Source: an uncultured Pseudomonadota bacterium
Lineage (GTDB): Bacteria; Myxococcota_A; Polyangia; Fen-1088
Reading direction: 5' to 3'
Length of the DNA stretch: 64,000 bases
Assembly: GCA_963847705.1 (NCBI GenBank)
Contig: CAWKBC010000017.1
Coordinates: 64,001-128,000, forward strand
Below are positions 42,699 through 52,267 of the stretch, in pieces; positions within the stretch are counted from its first letter, which is position 1, and the number at the start of each line of letters is the position of its first letter. A program made the translations under genes and the position numbers. The notes under the pieces are model-generated. The model made no database searches and was not told where the DNA came from. It saw only the letters and a list, made by a program, of their open reading frames with translations.

Positions 42699-45303
42699 GT
42701 GCTTTGTTCTGTCCGGTCCCGCACAATTCTGCCCATCGTTCTGGCGCTCGCGCTGGACGTCGGTGCGCCTGCCGTGACGCGCGCGGAGGCGCCGGCGCCG
42801 CGGCTGCAGCCGCCAGTGGTGATTGAGGAGAACCGTCCGGCGTATCCCGCCGAGGCGCTACCCACCCGACCGACCGGCGAGGTCTCGGTGACGGCGACGG
42901 TCAATGTCGCCGGCGAGGTGAGCGGCGTCGAGCTGGCCCAGGGGGTGGCACCCCCGCTCGATCGTGCGGCGCTGGACGCGGCCACCCGGTGGCGGTTTCG
43001 GCCCGCCACCCGCGACGGAGTCCCCGTCGCCAGCCGCGTCCAGCTGCTGTTTCACTTCGAGCCACCACCAGTCGTCGCTCCGACAGTGACTCCGGCGGCG
43101 TCGGCAGCCGCCCCGCCGCCCGGGGCGGTGTCGACCACCTTACCCACGTCGAACCCCGGCGTGCCGGCGCTTCCCGAGATCGCTCCCGTGCCGGCATCGA
43201 AACCGGGAGAAGCCGCGGCGATTGACGTCGACGTGCGAGGCCGCCGACAACAGGAGCCGAACCGCGGCGCCTCCGATTCTCGAGATCCAGGTCGGGCAGC
43301 TGGCGGTCATCGCCAATCAGAAGGCCTCGGACATCCTGCAGCTGGCGCCGGGGATCTTCATCGCCAACGAAGGAGGCTCCGGCCACGCCGATCAGGTCTT
43401 CCTGCGCGGGTTCGACGCCGAGCAGGGGCAGGCGATCGAGTTCACCGTCAATGGTGTCCCGATCAACGAGGTCGACAACACCGACGGCCACGGCTACGCC
43501 GACACGCACTTCATCATTCCCGAGCTGGTGAAGAACCTGCGGGTCATCGAGGGGCCGTTCAGCCCGCGCCAGGGGGACTTCGCCGAGGCCGGGAGCGCCG
43601 ACTACCAGCTGGGGGTGCCGGACCGACGGCTCGAGCTCAGCGCCAGTTACGGCTCGTTCAACACGCGCCGCACCCTGGCGCTCTGGGCGCCCGAGAACGA
43701 GCGCGAGGGGACCTTCGCGGCGGCGCAGTTCTTCCAGAGCGACGGGTTCGGCACCAACCGGGCCAGCACCAACGGGAGCGCGATGGCCGAGTACGAAGGA
43801 GATCTGGGGGCGCGCGGCTCGTGGCGGCTGCTCGGCACCGCTTACGGCACCCATTACCAGAGCGCCGGCGTCGTGCGGGCGGACGACGTGGCCTCCGGCC
43901 GGATCGGCTATTACGGCACCGAGGACGCCGCCCAGGGGGGCGACGCCCAGCGCTACACGCTCTCCTTCGATCTGCAGAGCCCGAGCGACAAGGACTTCCT
44001 GGCCCAGCAGGTGTTCCTCACCTGGCGCTCGCTCCGCATCGACGAGGACTTCACCGGCTTCCTGCTCGACAACCAGGAGCTCGGCCAGAGCTATCACCCC
44101 CAGCGCGGCGACATGATCGAGCAGGACTACACCGCGTTCACCGCCGGCGCGCGCGGCAGCGACAAGCGGACCGGCTTTTTCTTGGGGCGGCCTCAGTCCC
44201 TCGAGGTCGGTTACTACGCCCGCTACGATCACACCACCCCGGAGATCCAGCGTCTGCGCTTCGGGACCCAGAAACCCTACGCCGTCGACGAAGACCTCAC
44301 CACGGACATCATGAACCTGGCGCTCTATGCCGATCTCGACCTGCGACCGACGCGCTGGCTGACCGTGCGCGGCGGGATCCGGCAGGAGTACTTCGACTAC
44401 AACGTTCTCAACGCCTGCGCGACCGGAGCCGACGGGTTCATCCAGAACACCCCACTCAACCCGATCTGCCCCTCGTACGACAGCACCGGGCCCCGGCTGC
44501 CGACCGAGCGCGACACCGCCACCGCCCTGGTGACCGAGCCGAAGGTCACGGTGCTGGCCCAGGTGGCGCGGCCGCTGACCCTGACGGCCAGCTACGGCCA
44601 GGGGGCGCAGTCCCTCGACGCCGTCTACATCACCCAGAACGAGCAGGCGCCATTTTCGAGCATCAGTGCGGCCGAGGGGGGCGCCATCTACCACCAGCGC
44701 TTCATTCCGGTCGATCTGACCGCGCGCGCCGTGGGGTTCTACACCCACGTCAGCCGCGATCTGATCTTCAACCCGACCTTGGGCCGTTTGACGACCTCGA
44801 CCGGCACCACCCGGGACGGCGGGCTGGTCTCGCTGCGCGCGACCGGTCGTTGGTTCGACGAGCTCGCTTCGGCCACCTACGCGCATGCCACCTACGACGT
44901 CGACGGCACGCTGGTCCCCTATGTGCCGTCGGTGATCGCGCGCTCCGACACCGCGGTGTTCGGACCGCTCGGCCGGCGTCGCTTCTTTGATCATGGGTTG
45001 ACCGGGACGGCCGGCTTCGCCGTCAACTTCGTGGGGCCGCGGGCCTTGCCGTTCAGCCAGACCGCGGCGTCGACGCTGGAGCTCGACGCCTCGGCCAGCG
45101 TGCGGTGGAGCTTCCTGCGCCTCGGCCTCCTGGCCCAGAACCTCACCGACGCGCGCTATCCACTGACCGAGCTCTACTACGCCTCGAACTTCAACAGCCG
45201 CGCGGAACCGACGCTGGTTCCGACCGAGCACTTCAGCGCGGCGCCGCCGTTCTCGCTGCTGGCGACGGTGTCGCTGCTCTTCGACGCGGGGAACGAGCGA
45301 TGA
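42699..45303 (+). CDS. TonB-C-domain / TonB-dependent receptor fusion (one extra base near 43277 splits the frame)
   Basis: N-terminal TonB_C (PAYPAEA...AALDAATRWRFRPA..DG.PV), plug (GHADQVFLRGFDAEQG...NGVPIN...GHGYADTHFIIPE) and beta-barrel. Removing one T from CCGATTCTC joins the two ORFs. Confidence 0.88.
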
Positions 45304-46265
45304 GGCTCGGCACCTGGGGGCTGGCGCTGCTGGCGCTGGGCGCGGTGGAGTGCGGCGGAACGACCGGCGGCAACTTGATCCAGATGCCGCTCCTGGTGGG
45401 CGGGATCGCGCGGGACGCCTCGCAGCCTTTCACCTTCGTCACCGGGCAGGGCTGGAACGTCACGCTCACCCAGGCCGAGGTGGTGTTGGGGCCACTCTAT
45501 TTCAACATCGATGCGCCCTCGACGGCCTCGTTTCGGAGCGGCGTGGTGATCGTCCAGGCCACCCAGCAGTTCATCGTCGACATGCTCGATCCGACGCTCC
45601 AGAACGTTCCGGGCGGCGCCGACGGCGAGACGGGAACCGCCGTCTCGGTGGAGGTCGGATTTTATACGACGGTCAATCAGTACAACGACATGGCCCTGGT
45701 GGGCGCCGACGGAGGCGCCATGAAAACGCTGCCCGCGCCGCTGGCGGCCGACGGTCAGCAGGGGACGGCCTACCTGGCCGGGGAAGCGACCAAGCAGGGG
45801 GCGGTCGTCCATTTTGCCGGCCGGGTTCAGATCACCGGCGCGCTCGTCACGCAGGGCACGCCCATCGACTTTCTGGCGACGCTCACCGGCGCCTGCGCCG
45901 GCATCACGCCCCCCGCCTGTGGCCTGAAATTCACCACCACCAGCGGTCCGCTGCAGCTGCGGGTGAATCCCGCGGACTGGTTCAACCAGGCTGACTTTTG
46001 CAACGTGGTGCGGCCGCCACCGGTGCAGGCCGTCGGCGACGGCGGCCTGGGCGACGCAGGCGCTGGCGACGCGGGGCCAAGCGTCGTCTCCACTGGCCAA
46101 ACTGGCGACGCCGGCGTCGATGCGGGCACCCCTGCCGGCGCTCCCTGCGCCCCCACCGCGGGGACGGTTTACGACTGGACCGACACCAATCCGTTCAACT
46201 CGGCGGTGCTGCAGGGAATGAAGGGGAGCGCCGGGGTCTATCGCTTCAGCCTCGGTGGTCAATGA
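45300..46265 (+). CDS. Receptor-associated putative lipoprotein
   Basis: ATGA overlap; MRLGTWGLALLALGAVEC signal; GWNVTLTQA motif; DAG low-complexity repeats. Confidence 0.8.
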   Translation: MRLGTWGLALLALGAVECGGTTGGNLIQMPLLVGGIARDASQPFTFVTGQGWNVTLTQAEVVLGPLYFNIDAPSTASFRSGVVIVQATQQFIVDMLDPTLQNVPGGADGETGTAVSVEVGFYTTVNQYNDMALVGADGGAMKTLPAPLAADGQQGTAYLAGEATKQGAVVHFAGRVQITGALVTQGTPIDFLATLTGACAGITPPACGLKFTTTSGPLQLRVNPADWFNQADFCNVVRPPPVQAVGDGGLGDAGAGDAGPSVVSTGQTGDAGVDAGTPAGAPCAPTAGTVYDWTDTNPFNSAVLQGMKGSAGVYRFSLGGQ

Positions 46266-46684
46266 AGTGGCGCAGAAACCAGCGGTTTTCGTCCTCGGCG
46301 AAGTCGTTCGCCGTCGCGATGACGCTGATCGCGACGGTCGCGCAGTTCTTTGCGCTCTCGCACGAGGTCACGGTCCGGCACTTCCGCTGCGCCGAGCACG
46401 GCGAGCTGACGCACGTCGCAGCCACCTCGGGCGACTCCCCGCTGCCGGTCCCGCCGCCCACGGACGCGCTCCGGCGCGGAGAGGCCGCCGCGCCCGACGC
46501 GCACGAGCACTGCGCCGCGGCGTTCACCCTCGAGGGCGGTTCGTCGTCGCCGTTTGTCGGCGGCGCGGCTCGCCTCGCTCCGCCGCCGCAGGACTGTCCG
46601 CCGCCTCTCTTCCCTCTGGTCCGGGATCGCACCTTCGTCCTGGCCAGCGCGCCCAAGACCTCGCCTCCCGCCGTCCGCGCCTGA
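46262..46684 (+). CDS. His/Cys-rich leader protein 2 ending in APKTSPP
   Basis: ATGA-coupled to the upstream gene; same motifs as 42145-42570; 41 bp identical core (42265-42305 = 46379-46419). Confidence 0.8.
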   Translation: MKWRRNQRFSSSAKSFAVAMTLIATVAQFFALSHEVTVRHFRCAEHGELTHVAATSGDSPLPVPPPTDALRRGEAAAPDAHEHCAAAFTLEGGSSSPFVGGAARLAPPPQDCPPPLFPLVRDRTFVLASAPKTSPPAVRA

Positions 46685-46784
46685 CCGCGATCGCGTGCGC
46701 TCCCGGAGAGCCCGGACGGGAGGCGCACTCCAGTTCCCTTTACACCGGGCGAGACGGCGACCTGTGAATCGAATGGAGAGAGTG

Positions 46785-48053
46785 ATGAAGAACAAGACGA
46801 AAATGATGATGCTCGGGTCTGTGCTGGGTCCGCTGGCGGCGGCCGGTTGCGGGGGAAGCAGCAGCAGCTCCAACGGCAACGACCCCCAGAGCCCTCCGGC
46901 CGGAACCATGCTGACGGCGCCCACCATCAACTTCTCGATGACCTCGCCCAACACCCCGCTGTCGGTCCAGGTCACGTTCTCGGGAGAGACCTTGGGAATC
47001 AATGGCCTGCCATTTCAGCCGGTCAGTCAGGGAGATCCCTACTTCGTGGATGGCTGGAACATGACGATCGACGAAGACATCGTGGTGGTTGGCAACATCA
47101 CGCTCAATGCCATGCCGACCGAGGACCAGACCTGGTACGACATGGGTCCGCAAGTGGCCCACAAGGTGGGTCCCTACGTCTTTGATGCCCACCAGGCGGC
47201 CGGGTTCATCGGCAAGGACGGCATCGAGCCGGCCAGCCCGATGTTCGTCTTCAACAATGAGGACGACGGGTCGTCGTTCGATTCGAACCAGCGCTACGCC
47301 TTCTCTTACGACACGGTCGTGGCCGCTTATCCGGCCTGGAACCTGAACCTGACGTCGCAAGGGGAGGCCGACTACGACACGATGGTTTCGAACGGCTGGA
47401 ACAAATTCATCCGCGCCACCGCCACCTACGTCGGGACCGGGACCTACCCCGACCCCTCCGTGCAGGCGAAGTTCGCCGCTCTTCCGACCACCGTCAACTT
47501 CACGATGGGCTGGAACGACGCCACCTCCAACACCAACTGCGTCAACGCGGATCTCGGCCCCGAGGACGATCTGATGAACAGGGGCGTCGTCATCTTTCCC
47601 AACCAGGCCTCGGTCGCTCAGATCACGATGCACGTCGATCACCTCTTCTGGGACAAGCTGAAACAGGAGGGGGCGGCGCTGCGCTTCGATCCGATCGCGG
47701 CCTTCGCGCCGGCGGACACCAGCACCACGTCGTTCAGCCTCAACAGCTTCCACGCCCAACACCTGCTGGCGACCTTCGCCGATGGATCGCCCCTCCCGGA
47801 CCGGGCGCCCGACCAGCCGAATCCCTCGCCCAACGCTGGAGCGAACACCCCCGACGACGTCCAACCGAATCCGCTTCAGATCACCTTCAACCTCAACGGC
47901 GTCACCGCGCCGGACGGATCGGCCTTCCCCGACGACCTGGTGCAGTTCATGGCCTTCAGCGCGCAATCGCAGATGCACCTGAACGCCCAGGGGCTCTGTT
48001 ACATCAAGGGACAAAATCCCGCCGACCCCTATTACGCCCCGAGCGTTCAGTAG
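46785..48053 (+). CDS. Acidic, Asn/Gln-rich lipoprotein, possible metal-scavenging surface protein
   Basis: GGAGAG RBS; lipobox AAGC; HVDHLF and QMHLN...C motifs. Confidence 0.8.
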   Translation: MKNKTKMMMLGSVLGPLAAAGCGGSSSSSNGNDPQSPPAGTMLTAPTINFSMTSPNTPLSVQVTFSGETLGINGLPFQPVSQGDPYFVDGWNMTIDEDIVVVGNITLNAMPTEDQTWYDMGPQVAHKVGPYVFDAHQAAGFIGKDGIEPASPMFVFNNEDDGSSFDSNQRYAFSYDTVVAAYPAWNLNLTSQGEADYDTMVSNGWNKFIRATATYVGTGTYPDPSVQAKFAALPTTVNFTMGWNDATSNTNCVNADLGPEDDLMNRGVVIFPNQASVAQITMHVDHLFWDKLKQEGAALRFDPIAAFAPADTSTTSFSLNSFHAQHLLATFADGSPLPDRAPDQPNPSPNAGANTPDDVQPNPLQITFNLNGVTAPDGSAFPDDLVQFMAFSAQSQMHLNAQGLCYIKGQNPADPYYAPSVQ

Positions 48054-48062
48054 GACCACGAC

Positions 48063-49187
48063 ATGAGCGCGATGGAATCGGTCAAGGAGGTCCTGCTGGC
48101 CTCGGGCGCCGGGTGGGTGCTCTGGTTTTTGGGGGCGCTGTCCATGTCCAGCCTGGCGCTGGCGATGGAGCGCTGGCTCTACCTGCGCAAGCGCGGCGGC
48201 GATCTGGAAGCGCTGGCGCGGATGCTGGACGAGCAGCTGCGGGCCGGGGACTTCGCGCGCGCCCGCCAGTTGCTGGAGGCGAGCCCCGCGGTGGCGGCGC
48301 GCGTGGCGGACGCCGGGCTGCGGCTCGCCGAGCGCGGGACCGAGGCGGCGGAGAAGGCGATGGACAGCGCGGCGGCGCTGGAGCGCGGGCGGCTCGAGCG
48401 GGGGCTGGCGTTCCTGGCCACCATCGGAAACAACGCGCCCTTCGTCGGCCTGTTCGGGACGGTGGTCGGCGTCATCCACGCCTTCGAGGAGCTGGGGCAC
48501 GCCGCCCCGGGCCACGGCGCGACCTCGGCGGGGCAGGTGGCCTCGCAGGCGGTGATGGCGGGGATCGCCGAGGCGCTGGTGGCGACCGCGGTCGGCATCG
48601 CCGTCGCGCTGCCGGCGGTGGCCACCTACAACTATCTGCAGCGGCGGGTGACGTCGCTGCTCTCCGGGACCGACGTGCTGTCGAGCCTGGTGCTGGCCTA
48701 CGTCGCCGACGACAGCGCGCGGACCGCGCGCGGCGCCGGTGCTGCGGGAGGTGTCAGGTGGCGGGCAGCTAGCGGCGGCGACAACGGCGGGCTCATCCAG
48801 GGCATCAACGTCACGCCGCTGGTCGACGTGATGCTGGTGCTGCTGGTGATCTTCGTGGTGACCGCCAAGATCATCGTGACGCCGGCGGTGCCGCTCGATC
48901 TGCCGCACGCCGCCCACGGCGAGGAGGTGCAGGTGGTCCTGTCGATCATCCTGCCGGTGCGCGGCCCCATGCTGGTCAACGGCGCGGCGGTGACCGACGA
49001 CGCCGGATTCGAGGGGCTCGCCCGCGCGGCCTTCGCCGGGAACCCCGAGCTGCGCGCGGTCATCCAGGCCGACGGCGAGGTGCCCCACCGCAAGGTGGTC
49101 CACCTGCTCGACGAGCTGAAGGGGGTGGGCATCACCCGCGTCGCCTTCGGCGCGCTCCCCGACGCTCCGGCGTCGCCCCGGCCGTGA
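48063..49187 (+). CDS. exbB: ExbB and ExbD in a single reading frame (true fusion or indel-joined genes)
   Basis: ExbB motifs (ATIGNNAPFVGLFGTV, GIAEALVATAVG) followed by ExbD motifs (INVTPLVDVMLVLLVIF, IQADGEV). Confidence 0.85.
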   Translation: MSAMESVKEVLLASGAGWVLWFLGALSMSSLALAMERWLYLRKRGGDLEALARMLDEQLRAGDFARARQLLEASPAVAARVADAGLRLAERGTEAAEKAMDSAAALERGRLERGLAFLATIGNNAPFVGLFGTVVGVIHAFEELGHAAPGHGATSAGQVASQAVMAGIAEALVATAVGIAVALPAVATYNYLQRRVTSLLSGTDVLSSLVLAYVADDSARTARGAGAAGGVRWRAASGGDNGGLIQGINVTPLVDVMLVLLVIFVVTAKIIVTPAVPLDLPHAAHGEEVQVVLSIILPVRGPMLVNGAAVTDDAGFEGLARAAFAGNPELRAVIQADGEVPHRKVVHLLDELKGVGITRVAFGALPDAPASPRP

Positions 49188-49191
49188 CGGC

Positions 49192-50052
49192 ATGAGCGAG
49201 CGCGAGCCGACGTCCGAGATCGACGAAGCCCCGGGCCAGGTGCAAGGGAAGGAACAGGGGAGAGAACCGGGGGAGCTCCGCATCGTCGACCTGGTGTTCG
49301 CGGGCGAGCCGGGCGGACGGGTGCGTCGCCTCGCCATCGGTGGCGCCTGCGTCGTCGCGCTCTACGCCGGTGCGATCCTGGTGGTGGGGCACTTCGGGCG
49401 ATCAGGCGCGTCGATCTGCGCGGAGATGGCGGCCCGCGTGCACGACGCGATCGCGGCCGAGCGCGCCGTCGACGTCACGCCGCCGCCCAAACCCCCGCCG
49501 CCGGCCGAGTCGCCGCCCACGCCGCACGTGGCGGAGCCGGCGCTCCGGGAGCACGTCCACACGGCGGCCGCGCACCACGCGCCAGCCGCGCCGGCGCAGG
49601 CGGGCCAGATTGCCGCCGCCACCACCTCACCCGTCGACTTCACCGGCTCGGCGTTCGTGGTCGGGTCGGGGCCGTCGTACGCCGGGGGCGCCACCACCAG
49701 CGCGGGGACGAACCGCAAGCCGGCCACCGGCGCCGTCGCGCCCAACGGCACCGGCGACGGCGCGGCGCGCAGCCGGGCGCGCCCCGTGTCGCTGGATCAG
49801 GCCGCCTGGAACTGCCCCTGGCCGGCCGAGGCCGACGCGCGTCAGGTCGATCAGGAGACGGTGGTCATCCGGGTGGCGGTCGGGACGGACGGGCGCGCCG
49901 ATCGGGTCGATGTCTTGCAGGATCCGGGATTCGGCTTTGGGCCGGCGGCGCGGCAGTGCGCGCTGGCCACGCGGTTCGGCGCGGCTCGCAACCCGGCCGG
50001 CGATCCGATCGCCGCGCTCTCACCGCCCATTCGGGTTCACTTCTTTCGATGA
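49192..50052 (+). CDS. tonB: TonB family energy transducer
   Basis: TM, Pro-rich linker, C-terminal WPAEA...VIRVAV..DG.A..V.V..DPGFGFG.AA. Confidence 0.8.
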   Translation: MSEREPTSEIDEAPGQVQGKEQGREPGELRIVDLVFAGEPGGRVRRLAIGGACVVALYAGAILVVGHFGRSGASICAEMAARVHDAIAAERAVDVTPPPKPPPPAESPPTPHVAEPALREHVHTAAAHHAPAAPAQAGQIAAATTSPVDFTGSAFVVGSGPSYAGGATTSAGTNRKPATGAVAPNGTGDGAARSRARPVSLDQAAWNCPWPAEADARQVDQETVVIRVAVGTDGRADRVDVLQDPGFGFGPAARQCALATRFGAARNPAGDPIAALSPPIRVHFFR

Positions 50053-50363
50053 GGCGCGCGCCGAACATTGGCCGGATCCTGGCGTCGGCGGCGCTCGCCG
50101 GCCTGGCCACGCTCGGCGGCTGCCACCGGCACACCGCCAGCGCCGCCGACTGCCGCGCCATCCTCGACCGCCTGGTCGCGCTGGAGCTGCAGGAGCAGGG
50201 GTTCCATGATCCGGCGCTGGTGCCGCGCTGGCAGGAGGAGCTGGCGCGCCGCTTCGACGACGATCTGCGCCGTTGCCGCGCCGTCCGTGTCGGCGACGAT
50301 CTCGCGGTCTGTCTGCGGGCCGCTCAGAACCCCGAGGAGATCGCGCACCATTGCGTGAAGTGA
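50049..50363 (+). CDS. Small Cys-rich lipoprotein
   Basis: ATGA overlap; lipobox LGGC plus four more Cys. Confidence 0.7.
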   Translation: MRRAPNIGRILASAALAGLATLGGCHRHTASAADCRAILDRLVALELQEQGFHDPALVPRWQEELARRFDDDLRRCRAVRVGDDLAVCLRAAQNPEEIAHHCVK

Positions 50364-50408
50364 TCCATCTCATAAATTGACGGGCGACCGGCGCCGAGCG
50401 ACGCCTCA

Positions 50409-50434
50409 CATCGCGACACTGGCGATGGTATGGT
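50409..50434 (+). promoter_or_regulatory. Inverted repeat CATCGC-N7-GCGATG next to a -10-like TATGGT upstream of the metal ABC operon (putative operator)
   Basis: Palindrome at 50409-50427, TATGGT at 50429-50434, start TTG at 50444. Confidence 0.4.
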
Positions 50435-50443
50435 CGCCGCGAT

Positions 50444-51263
50444 TTGTCGACGGTGAGCAGCTCTCCCACAACGTCCCCCACCGCGCCACGCCTCCCTGCG
50501 GGGGAGGGCCTCCTGCACGCGCGGGCGCTCACCGTCGGGTACGACGGCGTCCCGATCTTGCCCCCGCTCACGCTCACGGTCGGCGCGGGGGAGCTGTGGG
50601 CCGTCATCGGGCCGAACGGCGCCGGCAAGTCGACCTTCGTCCGCACGGCCCTCGGGCTCTCTCATCCCGTCGGCGGCACCATCGAGCGCCGGCCGGGCCT
50701 CCGCCTGGCTTACGTTCCGCAGCAGTCGGCCCTCGACGCCATCTTCCCGATCTCGGTCCTGGACTTCGTGCTCATGGGCCTGCAGGGGACCGACAATGTG
50801 ACGCTGGCGAACCCGCGGGCGTACTTCGGCCGCGCCCGCGCCGCGCTGGCGGAGGCGGGCGTCGAGGCGCTGGCGCGGCGGCAGCTTCGCGATCTCTCGG
50901 GCGGGCAACGACAGCGTGTGCTCATGGCGCGGGCGCTGGCGACCGACGCCGATTCTCATCTTCCTCGACGAGCCGACCGCCGCGCTCGACGCATCCTCCG
51001 AACAGGAGGTGCTCGATCTCATTCAGCGTCTCCGCCAGGTGCGGGGCGCCGCGGTCGTGATGGTGACCCACCTCGTCGAGGACGGCCTCGAGCGGGCCGA
51101 CCACGCGCTCCTGCTCGATCGCGATCACCGGGTGGCGTTCGCGGCCACCGCCGCGGCGATGCGCTCCGCGCCCGACTTCGAGAACATCTACGCCCGCTTC
51201 GTCGGACGCCGGGCCCAGGACCGGACCCAAGAAGAGATGCAAAACAAACGGGAAACGCCGTGA
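50444..51263 (+). CDS. znuC: Zn/Mn-type ABC transporter ATP-binding subunit (frameshift near 50953)
   Basis: GPNGAGKST, AYVPQ, LSGGQRQRV, then LIFLDEPT..LD and MVTH in the next frame; restored by removing one T in CCGATTCTC. Confidence 0.82.
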
Positions 51264-52267
51264 GCGACACCGCCGCCACCTGGCACGACCTCTTCGCCAA
51301 CATTGGAATCTTCAGGGACGCCATCCTGGCGGGCGGCCTGGCCGGGGCCCTGCTCGGTTTCCTCGGGGTGCACGTGGTGTTGCGGCGGATGGTGTTCGCG
51401 TCGTCGGCCATCGCCCAGGCCGCCGCCCTCGGCGTCGCGCTCTCGTTCTGGGTGCCGGCCGTCATCGATCCGCTCGGCCACGCCGCCGGTCACGTGGCCG
51501 GCCCGGGCGGGCACGTCATCACGTCACCCCTCTTTCAGCCCGTGTTGTGGGCGATCGCCGCCTCCCTGCTCGCCACCCTGGTGTTCATCGCCAACCCGGT
51601 GCGCCTGCACCTGACGCGCGAGAGCATGCTGGGATTCGTCTTTCTGGCCAGCGGCGCCGGCGCGGTGATCATCGGAGATCGGATCACCCAGGACGCCCAC
51701 GATCTGACCACCATCCTCTTCGGCAGCGCGGTGGTGGTGCAGACCAGCGACCTCTACTGGGTCGGGGCGGCGACCGTGCTCCTGCTGGGCGGCCATCTGG
51801 TGCTCTGGCGGGCGCTGCTGTTCGTCGGCTACGATCCGCTCGGCGCCGAGGTGCAGGGGATGCCCGTGCGTGCGCTCAACGGGTTTCTCTTCGTGTCGGT
51901 CGGGCTGGCCGTCGCGCTTTGCACGCGGGCGCTGGGGGCGCTGCCGGTGTTCGCGTTCAGCGTGCTGCCCGCGATGACCGCGCTGGCGCTGACCTCGCGC
52001 ATCGGCCTCTGCTTTGTCCTGGCGACGGTGTTCGGCGCTTTCTCGGGCCTGGCGGGCTACGCCGTCTCGTTCCGGGCCGAGCTGCCGGTGGGCGCAACCG
52101 AGACGGCGATGGCGGCGGCGCTGCTGGCGGCGGCGCTCGCCTGGCGTTACGTCGGCGCCGAGCGCGATCGCCGGCGGGCGCGCCAGGGCGCCTCCCAGGC
52201 TGCCGCGACGGGCGGCTCGAAGAGCGCCCCCGAGACGGTCTCGGTGAAAGGCGGACCCCATGCTTAG
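51260..52267 (+). CDS. znuB: Zn/Mn-type ABC transporter permease
   Basis: LGVHVVLRRMVF, ILFGS, YDPLGA..QG; His-containing loop; many TMs. Confidence 0.85.
   Translation: MSDTAATWHDLFANIGIFRDAILAGGLAGALLGFLGVHVVLRRMVFASSAIAQAAALGVALSFWVPAVIDPLGHAAGHVAGPGGHVITSPLFQPVLWAIAASLLATLVFIANPVRLHLTRESMLGFVFLASGAGAVIIGDRITQDAHDLTTILFGSAVVVQTSDLYWVGAATVLLLGGHLVLWRALLFVGYDPLGAEVQGMPVRALNGFLFVSVGLAVALCTRALGALPVFAFSVLPAMTALALTSRIGLCFVLATVFGAFSGLAGYAVSFRAELPVGATETAMAAALLAAALAWRYVGAERDRRRARQGASQAAATGGSKSAPETVSVKGGPHA

Noticed and set aside
45300-48053. MbnP/MbnH methanobactin-type copper module
   Set aside because: No di-heme peroxidase gene and no clear WxW motif in the lipoproteins.
50444-52267. 607-aa ATPase-permease fusion
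   Set aside because: Produced by the frameshift near 50953; Walker B lies in the other frame and the permease has its own GTG at 51260.
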